A DNA stretch of 64,000 nt from NCBI GenBank assembly GCA_003707115.1, contig PPNB01000006.1, positions 186,001-250,000 on the forward strand. The letters run 5' to 3'. Position numbers and translations under genes: made by a program. The stretch is from Tortispora ganteri (lineage: Eukaryota). Shown here one piece after another: positions 40,509-51,565 of this stretch (position 1 is the stretch's first letter; each line of letters starts with the position of its first letter). The notes beneath the pieces are model-generated. The model saw only the letters and a list, made by a program, of their open reading frames with translations, was not told the origin of the DNA and made no database searches.

Positions 40509-42539
40509 TTAGTCTTCTTCTTCATTATCGTCATCCAACACTTCTCCGAGCTGCTTCTCGACGTCGTCAAGGTCCATATCTTCGTCCTCTTCGTCTTCAC
40601 TCATATCTTTCAGCGCCTCCCTAAGCAACTTTAACTGCTCTTCCTTGATCTGCCGCTTGTTAACAACAAATTTGCCTAATGGTGTCGTTTCCCACTCCAC
40701 GTCGTCCAAAAACGACAGCACCTGGCTTTGATTGGACGGAGAAAAGTTCACTTCCTGTCGCTTGCTTAAGATATATTTAGAGTTGTTTTCAAGCCTTTCG
40801 GTCACCGCTTGCAACGTCTTATTAACCCGTACATCTTTGTTTCGTTTGATGAAACGTCGCGTCGCTAGTGTTGTCGGAATGACAAGCTCTGGAAACGCTA
40901 TACTCTTACAGTATAGCACGAAATATTCTCCATACAGTTCCGCTAACTGATCCACAACTCCATCCCGGTATATTTTCGTTCCGAGGTACGCCTGCGATGC
41001 CTTTATATTTGAGTCAAAGTCTAAAGGTTTAAGTGATGATTGTTTTCCCTTTTTCGAGAATAGAGAAGAGGTCAGTACTTCCGCCAAAATAGGGGCTAAT
41101 GGAATATACACTCCACTATGACGACTTAACCTTATAAGACTTCTAACCAAGTAAAACCTCAGAGGGAAATATTGCTCTGTAGGTATAAGTCTAGCTGTTC
41201 CAATGGTGATTTGAACCACAGGATATATAAGTGGTCTCAAAGAAGATAGTTTTCCATTCTCCGCTTCTTTGTTCACATCGCAATATACACTCAACACTCG
41301 GGACCAGAAGTCGAGAGAATTGCAGTACTGCCAATTATACACACTCTTATAGCTTTCCCTAGTGCTGCTATTGAAACTGGAGCGGAGATGGATAGCGGCT
41401 TGCCTAATTGAATCGAAAGCTACCTGGTATGAGACTGTTTCGTTGATACCAAAGAGCGTTGCGGCCGTGTTCTTCATTAAATTGATAGAATCAATGGTGT
41501 GGATATTTGTTTTTCGTGATTGTTTAATCAAACCAGCGTAAACTTGTCTGAGGACGTTCTCTAACATATCGCTATAGTGTTCAGCCATGTATTTCAAACA
41601 GACAAACGCAGAAAGTCTGACATTTTCATCGCTTGCGGTACTCCAAATATCTGCAATGGATTTTATAAGTTCCTTGACGATCTTTCTGAATGATTGAACA
41701 TAAGGAAGAATGTTTCTAGTTGCTTCAAGTAACGAAGACGCCGATTTCAAAACGGATGTGTCATCGAGTAAAGATATCAAGGATATGGCATATGCTTTTA
41801 CAAGACGCGAAATGGATCTAAATTTCTTCGAACCAGTGTCAACAATCAGCTTTAAAGTTCCCTTCTGCTGTTCCGTAGGACATATCTTCTGAAACGATTT
41901 TGGCACTTCGTTCAAGCAAATGCTGATAAGCGTGGAGTATGCTGCTGGTGTAGAGACTGTGTATTTAAACTCGGTTTCTTCATCTTTATTAACGCTCGCT
42001 GCAGCTCTAAAAGCAGAAATAATGTTTCTCAATGTTCCTAATGATTTTGAGTTGCTTAATTGCTTCTTCCATGTCTTTAAAGTAGCTACGTCCAAATCGA
42101 TAGGTCCATCAGTTTTTCCAGCTTCTTCATCGTCATCACTTAGCTGGATATTGTCAGGATTAAAATCCAGAAGCTGACGATCGTTATTCTCTAAATACTT
42201 AAAGAAGTCCGGATCATTCTGTTTCAAAGCTTCAAGATCAGCTTTATGTTCGTCTATATCGCCGACACTTGATTCGTCGTCAGATTCTTCTGGCTTGCTT
42301 TTAGGAACTGGTGCTGATCCCATAAAGTCTTCAAGTTCTATGTCATTGTTAATATTTTGCTCCATTTCCATTTCTTGATCTAATTCAGCTTGTTTTGCAC
42401 TGATCCTATCTGCTTTCTGTTGCTTTTTCTTATCCGATACTATCTTCGCTTTAGTAGCTTTCTGCGCCTTCTTCCTGCGCTCAATGGTGCCAGAAAGGTG
42501 CTTCTTAGAAAATTTCTTGGTAGATTTCTTGACCGCCAT
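40509..42539 (-). CDS. NOC2: Nucleolar complex protein Noc2
   Basis: MAVKKSTKKFSKKHL...IERRK, L...DPDFFKYL.NND..LLDF, IRQ.AIHLR, VYNWQY..SLDFWSRV, LIPT.QYFPLRF, SIAFPEL. Confidence 0.95.
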   Translation of the reverse strand: MAVKKSTKKFSKKHLSGTIERRKKAQKATKAKIVSDKKKQQKADRISAKQAELDQEMEMEQNINNDIELEDFMGSAPVPKSKPEESDDESSVGDIDEHKADLEALKQNDPDFFKYLENNDRQLLDFNPDNIQLSDDDEEAGKTDGPIDLDVATLKTWKKQLSNSKSLGTLRNIISAFRAAASVNKDEETEFKYTVSTPAAYSTLISICLNEVPKSFQKICPTEQQKGTLKLIVDTGSKKFRSISRLVKAYAISLISLLDDTSVLKSASSLLEATRNILPYVQSFRKIVKELIKSIADIWSTASDENVRLSAFVCLKYMAEHYSDMLENVLRQVYAGLIKQSRKTNIHTIDSINLMKNTAATLFGINETVSYQVAFDSIRQAAIHLRSSFNSSTRESYKSVYNWQYCNSLDFWSRVLSVYCDVNKEAENGKLSSLRPLIYPVVQITIGTARLIPTEQYFPLRFYLVRSLIRLSRHSGVYIPLAPILAEVLTSSLFSKKGKQSSLKPLDFDSNIKASQAYLGTKIYRDGVVDQLAELYGEYFVLYCKSIAFPELVIPTTLATRRFIKRNKDVRVNKTLQAVTERLENNSKYILSKRQEVNFSPSNQSQVLSFLDDVEWETTPLGKFVVNKRQIKEEQLKLLREALKDMSEDEEDEDMDLDDVEKQLGEVLDDDNEEED

Positions 42540-43053
42540 TATTTCCTGATTTAAATCGTGCTGAAACTGGTTCAAGAAAGAAGAAGTTCTGGTTATACAA
42601 GAAATACAAGGGGGAAAAAATAGTATATACTCGATTCTAACATTTTTTTTTCTTCTTTTTTGTAAGTCTTGGGACTTTAAGGTTTTGACAGTTACAACTG
42701 CCTTATGCAATTTACAGCATTCAATGTCTACTGTACCCGGTCAACTACGCCCTTAACTTCTACTTGGTTCTTCTAAACTTTTATTTTTTAAGCAACTAGC
42801 CAATTTTGAAATTTATCAAATAGCTTCCCTCTACACCACTGCCATTTCTGAATGACTCAAAAGAATTCTAGCCAAAATCAAAATTAATAATAGAATACGT
42901 TGGCATGGTAACACGTCTACCCAGCCTGCACGAAATTATAATAAAGACGCGTTCTTTAGCCAGCCAGGACTTGCCCTGCCACCTCCCTTTCCATTTACTC
43001 CACTTAGCCGTCCTTGTCTTCTATATTACTGCATATAGCTGTATGATGCCGAT

Positions 43054-43410
43054 ATGGACGAAAAACTTATAGTGCGCAAAAGACAGGACAAACAGGATTT
43101 GTCCAAAATAACGCCTATAAAAGTCTCTACAAGTCAATTACGACATGAGAGCAGTAATAAAGAGAACAGACGAGTAATATCGTTAGATCAAAGTCCTATA
43201 CCTGATTTACGGCCACCTGCTCCATCGCCACCAATGTCTTCTCCTCGTAAAGTCTCGCGGAGAACTTCCTATTCACCTATTTCCGGTGGTTCCCCCACTT
43301 CTCTCTATCTTGACGAACATTCTGAGCTAATGGATCGCAGTATAGACGACTCTAGCATAGCAAGTACATGCATTCCAAGTCCTGTAAAATCTCGCACAAC
43401 AAGACAGTAA
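43054..43410 (+). CDS. Small disordered Ser/Pro-rich hypothetical protein with a KEN box and many S/T-P sites
   Basis: 118-aa ATG ORF in the gap between NOC2 and HRD3, with CACGAAA (42929-42935) and ACGCGT (42947-42952) upstream. Confidence 0.6.
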   Translation: MDEKLIVRKRQDKQDLSKITPIKVSTSQLRHESSNKENRRVISLDQSPIPDLRPPAPSPPMSSPRKVSRRTSYSPISGGSPTSLYLDEHSELMDRSIDDSSIASTCIPSPVKSRTTRQ

Positions 43411-43510
43411 TCTTTTTTCGTTGGTTATTTTACGAAGATAAATAAAAACATTCATCAATTTTATTCTACATTACTGCGTAGGTAATTAGCCATGCCAAAT
43501 CATAGGTAAT

Positions 43511-46045
43511 TCATAATAATGGTGCCATCCATTGTTCACGAAGTACAAGATCAGCTTGTACTCCTGCTTCTCTTGCCTGGCCATCGCCATTCTGATTTTC
43601 ATTTTGACCTTGATTCCTTTCTCTATTATCATTCCTACCTCCATTCCTATTTCCGTTCCCGCGACGTGCTTGAATCCATCTCGATATGAATGCATATACG
43701 ATCACTATCGCAATTAGAAATATTGCCAAAATTGAAAGATCCGCAGCATCCCATTCTAGCTCCTCAATATCGTCAAATGGTTCGCCCATTGTTTCATAAT
43801 CCTCCATTAGCTCGTCATCTAGCTCATTCCACCCTACTTGTTGCCGGCGAAGGTATTCTTGGTTCTGCGACCGCTCCTCATTTGCAAGAAACCTACTCCA
43901 TAATTCTCGCAAACGCCAGTGAGTTTTGTGCTCGTCAGTCTCTGAAATATGGGGTTCTTCCTCAGAAGTATAATCTATGGGATTAGCATTTCCGCCACTA
44001 ATTGAATTCCAATAAGATGCTAGTCGCAGCTTGAAAAGGGATAATGTCACGGGAAGAGATGCAGAAGGATTCACTGCCAGCGATCTATCATAGTAGCGCT
44101 TTGCTAAATGAAAGTCCTTAGGCAATCCCAGTCCATTCTCATACATGTACCCCCAGTTCCAATAAGCTAACGAATTTTGGCCCATTTCAGCGGCCTCTTC
44201 GTAGCAGGATACAGCACGCTCATAACTTTGGTTAATACCAATCCCCTTGTAGTAGTAATCACCAACTTTCACCATAGCGTCAAAATTTGCTTGTTCAGAA
44301 GCTCGCATCCAATTTATCAGTGCCTCTTCATCATGCCAAAAACTTCTGCGTCCTAACCTGTCATTGGCTACTTGTCGGCAAACACTCTTCAAGATACCTG
44401 AAGGTACAAACAAGTTAATAGCTGCGCTCGTCAAAGCATATAACTTGTTCACTAAATATTTGTACACACCCGAGATAGATGATATTTCCTCTCCAATCCA
44501 GTCATGGAACTTAGTAAAATATGAACCGAAGTCAACAACACCAAGCTTGCGATCAAGAAGATAGGCAGCATTGACTTGACCGAAGTCGTACCCTTGCTCG
44601 GCTAATATCAAGAAATCAATAAGAGCACTCTCATAATTGCCTGAGTCATAGTAATCAAAAGCTGAACGCCACGTGGTTTCGTTTATAGTGATACGCTCTG
44701 CAATAGATTTGTAATTATGTGCAGCCCGATCACAATTCTTTGGTCGGCCGACTCCGAATTGGTATATATTCGCAATATAATAGGCTGAGTCTGTATTCGT
44801 AGATGCTGAACGTTCGAGAGTATTAATTGCGTCACCAATATCTCCAGAGAGTAAAGACATTTTGGCTATTTGTGCCATAGCATGATGAGAGCCTGCGGCT
44901 GCTGCAGATTTGTAATAGTAGGATGCCGCATCAAGATTTTTATCGACTCCAAGTCCATTCTCATACAAGTATCCCAAGCTGTATTTACTTAGCTCGGTAT
45001 TTGAGTCTCCTCCAGCATAGAACCACTGATAGGCAGCGCTGAAGTTTTGCGGTATGCCAAAGCCCATCATATTGAAGTAGCCTACATAAGCAGCGGCTAC
45101 TAGAGCAATACCTGAGGATTTCAAATCGCTCATTCCAGGACGAAATGAATAAGGGAATTCAGATTCAAAGAATTGATTAGCCAGCATATGAAAATAATGA
45201 TATGACTTTGTTAGATCCTGAGGGACATATCGAGTTCCTTCTAAATAGATGTAGCCTAGTCGAGCCATATACAAGAACTCGTTTGCGGCAGCCATGTACT
45301 GGAAGTAATATATTTCATCTGAGTCAATTTTTGCAAAAACAGTGCGAGAGCTGGGTGCGCTTGCACCAGCGCCAAAAAGGCCACCTTCGAAGTCCGGAAG
45401 GTACCACTGGTAATCGGGGATTGGGGGACCGAAGGGAGGCATGCTTTTGCGTATATCCATAGCGTATTCTGCGGCAGCTTGATAGTACTGAACTGCCTTT
45501 GAGCAGTCTTTGGGTACGGACCAGCCATTCAGGTAGCGGTAGCCGAGCACTTTGGTGGAAGCTATGTTACCTTGTGCAGCTGCAAGGGTGTGATACAGAT
45601 TGCTGCGAGCCAAATCACGTGGAAAGTAGTTAAACGGCGCGATTCCGTAAAGAAAGCCAGTCATTGATTGAGCTTTTGGATCTGCATATGTATCGGCTAT
45701 ATATTTGTAGCGGAGCAAAGCTTCGGTGTAGTTACGTGGGTATGAAGGATGACCATAGAGAGCGAGCTCTGCCATCAGCATACCAGACTGTATGGGGTCT
45801 GAGTCAGGGGAACTGAGTAGCGCGGATACCTGCGACAAGCGATCTGAGTGAGTAGCAGCATGATCTAATTGCGATGAGGATTCTGTAAGTATTGATTGCG
45901 GAGATCGCAGGAATCGCTTAACAATATCAGACCACGAGTCCTGACTAGGGCTGTCGAACTTGCCGAGTAGTTGTCTTGCTTCGTCCACGGGGTTGTTCGA
46001 AAGGGCGCCCACGCATAAAAGTACTAGAATGTGCAGTATTAGCAT
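43511..46045 (-). CDS. HRD3: ERAD HRD ligase component Hrd3/SEL1L (Sel1 repeats)
   Basis: Signal peptide, Sel1 repeats (LGYRYLNG, LGYLYENGLGV.KN, VKVGDYYYKG.G, WNWGYMYENGLGLPKDFHLAKRYYD), AEQGY..Q.NAAY and a C-terminal TM helix. Confidence 0.93.
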   Translation of the reverse strand: MLILHILVLLCVGALSNNPVDEARQLLGKFDSPSQDSWSDIVKRFLRSPQSILTESSSQLDHAATHSDRLSQVSALLSSPDSDPIQSGMLMAELALYGHPSYPRNYTEALLRYKYIADTYADPKAQSMTGFLYGIAPFNYFPRDLARSNLYHTLAAAQGNIASTKVLGYRYLNGWSVPKDCSKAVQYYQAAAEYAMDIRKSMPPFGPPIPDYQWYLPDFEGGLFGAGASAPSSRTVFAKIDSDEIYYFQYMAAANEFLYMARLGYIYLEGTRYVPQDLTKSYHYFHMLANQFFESEFPYSFRPGMSDLKSSGIALVAAAYVGYFNMMGFGIPQNFSAAYQWFYAGGDSNTELSKYSLGYLYENGLGVDKNLDAASYYYKSAAAAGSHHAMAQIAKMSLLSGDIGDAINTLERSASTNTDSAYYIANIYQFGVGRPKNCDRAAHNYKSIAERITINETTWRSAFDYYDSGNYESALIDFLILAEQGYDFGQVNAAYLLDRKLGVVDFGSYFTKFHDWIGEEISSISGVYKYLVNKLYALTSAAINLFVPSGILKSVCRQVANDRLGRRSFWHDEEALINWMRASEQANFDAMVKVGDYYYKGIGINQSYERAVSCYEEAAEMGQNSLAYWNWGYMYENGLGLPKDFHLAKRYYDRSLAVNPSASLPVTLSLFKLRLASYWNSISGGNANPIDYTSEEEPHISETDEHKTHWRLRELWSRFLANEERSQNQEYLRRQQVGWNELDDELMEDYETMGEPFDDIEELEWDAADLSILAIFLIAIVIVYAFISRWIQARRGNGNRNGGRNDNRERNQGQNENQNGDGQAREAGVQADLVLREQWMAPLL

Positions 46046-46220
46046 AATTTGTAAATATATTGCAGGCGCCAGTTGGCAGGCGGCGATATATGCAAGAAGG
46101 GTTTGGTAGTTGGTGGTTTTGGTTTGGTTTGGCCCAGGTGTTGGTGTTAGTGTATGCTGTCACTCTTAAACTTTAATTACAGTGAGACCGTTTAGACATC
46201 TCAGGTTGTCTTAGAGCCTG

Positions 46221-47435
46221 TCAGTTTTCGGTAATGGGGATAAATTCTGCACCAGAATTTGTGGCGACACCTATACGTCCGGGTGCGATCCAGCCTGCGG
46301 GGTCGTAGCCGATGTCTAGCACAGTACGGGCGATTGCAACGTAAATGAGTGTCTGGTCCTTACAACGGACGAGCAGCTTGCCTGATTGCCAAGTTAGTGA
46401 AAGCACTGGGCCGTGAGTTTTTATGAGGAACATGGGATTCAGCAGGTCAAGTTTGGTGTTGGAAGGGCGCATCCATGGCAGGTGAAATACGATCACCGCG
46501 TCGCCGTCTACCTGAAGAGCGATCAGGAGCGTAGATTCAAGCAGGCAGCAGCGAATTAGGCCGGAGTCGCCGCGCAGAAATATCACGCGAGCGCTGCTAG
46601 AGCTAGTATAAGGTGCCACCCAAGTAGACAGAGGGTTGACCTCTACTTCTGGCGGTATACTGATACGTGCAATAACGGATGTGGTGGCGCTAACAAAAGG
46701 GTCGACAACATAGACGAATGACTCAGACGTGCACACGATCGCCGTACCGTCTGGCGTCCATTTGGCGTTGCGCACAGCTTCTGGCTCGCGGAGGACGTTC
46801 GTAGAGGCGGTTTGACTAAACAGGTTCATACATGCTACGCCAGTGTTGGCGAATCCAGAGTCCGCATCTAGAATAATAGCATTAGGTCCCGTTGTACAGG
46901 ACTCTATATCGATAAATCGCGGTGATACCGTACCCGTAGGGAAATCATATGATTGTGCAGATGAGGGAACTTCCATATATGATAATGTATTGTTGGCTGT
47001 AGTCATTGTAGCGCAACAAACTGTTTCACCATCGTGGAATAACACGGCAATATACTTACATGCTGAGTCATAAGCCCATGAGTTCAATGTTAACGGGTTG
47101 TTTATTGTCGCAACTACGACGCTTTCGCGAAGATCCCATATATGTATGGCGAGCAGATTGGACTCTATTAGGATGAAATAGTGCTTTACGACGGCGATAC
47201 GATCGCATTCTGGTACTTTCACATGTTTTACGTCGTTTACATTACCTAAATCATCTAAAGTCACAAATAAAGCAGTGAATGCCTCTGTCACGGCTACAAT
47301 AAAGGATTGATCCGCTTTCAGCAATTTGACTCGTTCGAATGAGTCGATTGTCCAGTTACGCGCGTCAAGCGTGTATCCCTTTACCATTTTTCCAACTGAC
47401 CGTACAACAACATTTTTCGCGAATGTGAATGGCAT
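46221..47435 (-). CDS. Divergent WD40-like beta-propeller protein (possibly Wdr8/WRAP73-like)
   Basis: Long open frame rich in beta-strand patterns, with IHIWDL...INNP, AKWTPDG and LSLTW. The family assignment is weak. Confidence 0.55.
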   Translation of the reverse strand: MPFTFAKNVVVRSVGKMVKGYTLDARNWTIDSFERVKLLKADQSFIVAVTEAFTALFVTLDDLGNVNDVKHVKVPECDRIAVVKHYFILIESNLLAIHIWDLRESVVVATINNPLTLNSWAYDSACKYIAVLFHDGETVCCATMTTANNTLSYMEVPSSAQSYDFPTGTVSPRFIDIESCTTGPNAIILDADSGFANTGVACMNLFSQTASTNVLREPEAVRNAKWTPDGTAIVCTSESFVYVVDPFVSATTSVIARISIPPEVEVNPLSTWVAPYTSSSSARVIFLRGDSGLIRCCLLESTLLIALQVDGDAVIVFHLPWMRPSNTKLDLLNPMFLIKTHGPVLSLTWQSGKLLVRCKDQTLIYVAIARTVLDIGYDPAGWIAPGRIGVATNSGAEFIPITEN

Positions 47436-47647
47436 TACGATGCTGGAAAAATCAAGCCAACCAGCTAAGATCAAAAAGCGTGTCTCAAGGTCTCGAACTG
47501 AACCTAACTGACGTAAGCACTAAAATAGAGTTTTAGACTAACCAAGGCGAAACATATAAATATATATACTCAAGATTCCAGATCTTTGAATCAACTATTC
47601 GACCGCTACTCCGATCCGATCTCCACCATAAAATTACAACTGCACTA

Positions 47648-47950
47648 ATGAGCTTTCAGACACAGGGTCTGCCCATACGGGATATTCCACTTAAAGATAT
47701 ACGTAGGCCTATATTGCCTGTACTTGAAGAAGGCAAGATCTGCAAGATGATCGATACTGTTGAACATAATGGCCAATTACCCCCCATAGACGTACTAGAA
47801 TTACGCGAAAATGGCCAATCATCATATTTTGCTTTTGGTGGCTGTCATCGGTTCCAAGCATACGAACGTACAAATACAGATCTCGTTACATGTAGGGTCA
47901 TGCCGGTCACTAGGGACATGCTGAAAATGTACCTGGGATCATCGATCTAG
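47648..47950 (+). CDS. SRX1: Sulfiredoxin
   Basis: IPL.DIRRPI.PVL, LPPIDVL, catalytic YFAFGGCHRFQAY, L.MYLG. CRE-like TGACGTAA at 47509-47516 and a TATA upstream. Confidence 0.95.
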   Translation: MSFQTQGLPIRDIPLKDIRRPILPVLEEGKICKMIDTVEHNGQLPPIDVLELRENGQSSYFAFGGCHRFQAYERTNTDLVTCRVMPVTRDMLKMYLGSSI

Positions 47951-48257
47951 CTTTTAACGTACGGGGAAATAGAAATAGATAAACATTGCCCCTTGCATGC
48001 AAATCCAAGCATAACAACAATTTTATAAGTTAATAATATATATAACTAAATTTCTGTAATTCTTAATATTCTATAATTACTTGATCTCTAGTAGAACCTC
48101 GTAAACTTTGCACCTTTAGCCGTTGCGTTCATTCTCATTTACATAATAAAAAAATATATCATTTACCCGGCCCCCGGGTCTTTCCCATTAACGGCCGGCT
48201 TGAAGCCCACCCAATCCCGATACAAGCCTTCCACTTCCACCCGTCATCTATTTTGTC

Positions 48258-49838
48258 ATGTCTACGATTCTAAGAAGCATTAAAAATGCGACTGCGGGCT
48301 ATTCAACGGCTCAGGTTAAGGTCCGCAATGCCACCTCTAACTCCTCGTGGGGCCCATCGGGCGCGGAGATGGCTGAAATTGCAGAACTGACATTCGACAC
48401 TTCCCAGTTCTTTGATATTATGGATATCATCGATAGACGCCTCAATGACAAGGGAAAAAATTGGCGCCATGTTATGAAAGCACTCACCTTATTGGATTAC
48501 ATTCTTCATGCGGGCTCTGAAAATGTCGTCCGCTGGTCAAAAGACAACCTCTATATCGTAAAAACCCTTCGCGAGTTTCAGTACATCGAAGAGGACGGTA
48601 CCGATCAGGGCGCAAACATCCGTTCAAAGGCTAAAAGTCTCACTACCTTGCTTCAGGATGATGAACGTCTTAGGGAGGAACGCGCGCGCTCAAAAGGTAT
48701 GCGATCCAGAATGGGTAGCCAAAGCAGAGACAGAGACGAACTCTACGAGGGCAGCTTCGACGATGCCCAAGAGAGACGCAGAGGCTCTCGCAGACCTACA
48801 CGAACAGGCAATGACAATTCCAATGATGAAGCTCCCGAAGAAGATGAAGAACTCGAGCGTGCATTGGCAATCTCTAGAGCAACCGCTGCTGAAGAAGAGA
48901 GAAAGCGCCGAACTAACGGTGACCCTAATGACGAAGACCTGCAAAAGGCGCTCAAACTGTCTGAAGAAGAGGAAGCCCTTCGCCGGAATAATAATTTCCT
49001 GTTTGATCAGATGGCCGTAAATGCTACCGGTGCTTCTCCCGCTCCTGTAAATCCAAACCTGTTTGATGGCTACACTGCGCAACCACAGCCAATGGTTCCC
49101 ACAGGCTACATTAACCAAGCATATGCTCAATTTCCTATGCAAACTCAAGAAACTGGAATGTACCCGCAGTATACCGCGCAATTTATGCAGCAACAGCAAC
49201 CACAATTTCAGCAACTTCAGCCTCAGTTTACTCAACAACCGCAGTTTGCTCCTCAACCATTCTTAGATGCTACCCCTACAGGTTCTAACAACCCCTTTGC
49301 TCAAGTTTCTTCTCCTGGAAGATCATCATCTAAACCCACCCTTGCAGAGCTTGCTATTTTGAAGCAACAAGGAGCTCAAATTCCTACGCAAACACAGCAA
49401 CAACTAATGCCTCAAAATACTGCATTTGTACAATATGCTCAACAGCAAACACAGCAACAGCAAACACAACAGCAGCAGTCGCAAATTAACAAGCCTTCCA
49501 TAGTAGAAGCAAATGCGGCTGCTGCACGTCTGGAAACTTTGCTTGCTGCTGGTGACGGAATAGACACGTTTGGTAATACAGGTGATTTACGTGTTCCAGC
49601 TCAGCATACTGCTCCTGGTGGATTTATAAATTCGCAGGGCACGGGTTACAATTATAACGGCACCAGTATGATGAACTCTATGTCTAACCCTTTCCTTGCG
49701 AATCAACCTACTGGTTTTGGCTTTGGAGGTTCTGGTCCGCAAATGTATTATTCCAATCAAGTTGCGCAGCAGCAATCGCAGCAACAGCAAAATGCTAATA
49801 AATCCAACAATGCTGGTGGATCTCTCATCGATATATAA
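48258..49838 (+). CDS. ENT1: Epsin (Ent1/Ent2 type)
   Basis: ENTH domain (KVRNATSN..WGP, RLNDKGKNWRHV.KAL..LDY), two UIMs (ELERALAIS, DLQKALKLS), two NPF motifs, a Q-rich region and the terminal clathrin box SLIDI. Confidence 0.93.
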   Translation: MSTILRSIKNATAGYSTAQVKVRNATSNSSWGPSGAEMAEIAELTFDTSQFFDIMDIIDRRLNDKGKNWRHVMKALTLLDYILHAGSENVVRWSKDNLYIVKTLREFQYIEEDGTDQGANIRSKAKSLTTLLQDDERLREERARSKGMRSRMGSQSRDRDELYEGSFDDAQERRRGSRRPTRTGNDNSNDEAPEEDEELERALAISRATAAEEERKRRTNGDPNDEDLQKALKLSEEEEALRRNNNFLFDQMAVNATGASPAPVNPNLFDGYTAQPQPMVPTGYINQAYAQFPMQTQETGMYPQYTAQFMQQQQPQFQQLQPQFTQQPQFAPQPFLDATPTGSNNPFAQVSSPGRSSSKPTLAELAILKQQGAQIPTQTQQQLMPQNTAFVQYAQQQTQQQQTQQQQSQINKPSIVEANAAAARLETLLAAGDGIDTFGNTGDLRVPAQHTAPGGFINSQGTGYNYNGTSMMNSMSNPFLANQPTGFGFGGSGPQMYYSNQVAQQQSQQQQNANKSNNAGGSLIDI

Positions 49839-49996
49839 TTTTTTTTATCTTTATCTTGTATTTGTTTCTGGCGTTCTGGAGCTTTCGTGCGACTTAGCTT
49901 TTACTGTTTTTTTAAGGAAATGGAATTTATTCTCATTATGATAAAGTGATTATTATTTAATATTAGTAAACCGTCAACCTCATTAATAATACAAAA

Positions 49997-51565
49997 TCAA
50001 GCAAACTGTGCTTGGATGTCATGCATGATAGATAAGAAGAGTGTCATTATTTCAATGAATTCTTCTTCAGTTAGATCAGTCTCTGAAAAACGAGACCGTT
50101 CGTACAATTCTAGAAACCTCTGGATTTTGGATCTGCCTTGGTTTGGTAAAGGTAAATCTTGGATCACATTCATGGATTGAAGATAGTTTAGGTATCCTCT
50201 GAACCCGCCTTCGGGAGTAGCACCATCCACGTCATAGAGGTTAGGAGGCGCATCCGATCTTGAATTTGATCGCAAGGAATGAGGAGCTCTGGCCTGTCTC
50301 ATTCGCGTAGACTCAAAAGAAGAGTCTGAGTGAACAGAAGGGGTATATCCAGGTCCCATATTAGATAATCGCGCGGCCTTGAGATCTTTCAGGCGTTCCA
50401 ATATCTCGTTACGATATTCGCGTTTTTCAATTTCTAACTGATACGTTGGAGGGGCGTCAACATCTTTCAAAGACAACGCCCAGTTTCCAATAATATGCGA
50501 TATCTGTCCCACCATTTCGTTGAAACCTATGTTCGCAGGAAGCGAAATAGTTTGGACAGGAGTGTTGACAACTTGAGGTGTGTCAGCATGCTCAGACGCT
50601 GGAGGAGAATTTGAGTTAGTATTAGTAGCAGATAAGTCCTTTTCTGACTTATTGTGTCGAAATAAGTTAAATCTTCTCTTTGTGCGTTTCTTCCGAGGAG
50701 ACAAAGCTGTGCTGTTTGTGTCGGCTTCGACAGACTCGGGTATAGATGGAGGGTAGGGCATATTTGTGGTCTTCAAAGATGTAGATGTGTTGTAACGCGA
50801 CATTATAGGCTCTCCAAAAGAAATAGGATCCCGGAGCAGTATAGAAGGGATTTGTGAGGCGACGCGTGAAAGAACCGGTGACGTACCTTGGGTCGAAGAG
50901 ATAGTCTGGAGTAAGGGACCGAGCTGCATGGGGTGTGAAGTATCAGGTTCAAGTCTGGATGTGGCGGGTGTCAAAAGAAAGTCTTTTGAAGGCGATGTGA
51001 GCGAGTTAGTAGTGATACTGGCGGAAGTGGACAACTGGACGGGGATAGTGAGTGGAGTACCAGATGATAGGCCCGGGTGTTTGACAGTTTTAAGGTCTAT
51101 TGATGCGATAGCAGCGCGTTTTATTTCAAGTGATGTCCTGAGATTCGCAGATATAATCTTCCTCATAGATAGAGGTGTACCATTGTCGTCGGTACGTCTC
51201 TCTACCAGCGCTAAGCGAGCGATAATGGCGAGTCCACGGTAGATAATGTTGTACTTCTTTTTAGTCGTTTTAGCTTGTTCGGCGTCATAATCTTGCGTTA
51301 TTGGCATATAGTACTTTGGTATCTCTGCCAAATCCTTATGTGCCTGTATGAGTCTCGATAAGTATATGAAGAATGACAAGATGATTACGGCAATATAAGC
51401 AGCTGCCATGAATATGCCATTATAGACCTGAGCGTTACGTAGACTCTGAGCCAAAGCATCAGCGGGAGTTACTATGAGAAATGCAATAATAAATATTACT
51501 AAAAAATACAAAGAGAACCGGTATAGGAACCGTTCAAACGCATCTTTAGAGAAAATGCGATGCAT
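49997..51565 (-). CDS. DLT1: Dlt1 (defect at low temperature 1)-like membrane protein
   Basis: Two N-terminal TM helices with TP.D..Q, Y.SRL.....L..IPK.Y.PI, HPG, and C-terminal F...YE..RF....LTE.EF...M. Confidence 0.7.
   Translation of the reverse strand: MHRIFSKDAFERFLYRFSLYFLVIFIIAFLIVTPADALAQSLRNAQVYNGIFMAAAYIAVIILSFFIYLSRLIQAHKDLAEIPKYYMPITQDYDAEQAKTTKKKYNIIYRGLAIIARLALVERRTDDNGTPLSMRKIISANLRTSLEIKRAAIASIDLKTVKHPGLSSGTPLTIPVQLSTSASITTNSLTSPSKDFLLTPATSRLEPDTSHPMQLGPLLQTISSTQGTSPVLSRVASQIPSILLRDPISFGEPIMSRYNTSTSLKTTNMPYPPSIPESVEADTNSTALSPRKKRTKRRFNLFRHNKSEKDLSATNTNSNSPPASEHADTPQVVNTPVQTISLPANIGFNEMVGQISHIIGNWALSLKDVDAPPTYQLEIEKREYRNEILERLKDLKAARLSNMGPGYTPSVHSDSSFESTRMRQARAPHSLRSNSRSDAPPNLYDVDGATPEGGFRGYLNYLQSMNVIQDLPLPNQGRSKIQRFLELYERSRFSETDLTEEEFIEIMTLFLSIMHDIQAQFA

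Noticed and set aside
49180..49790. CAA/CAG repeats
   Set aside because: Ordinary Q-rich region of epsin.
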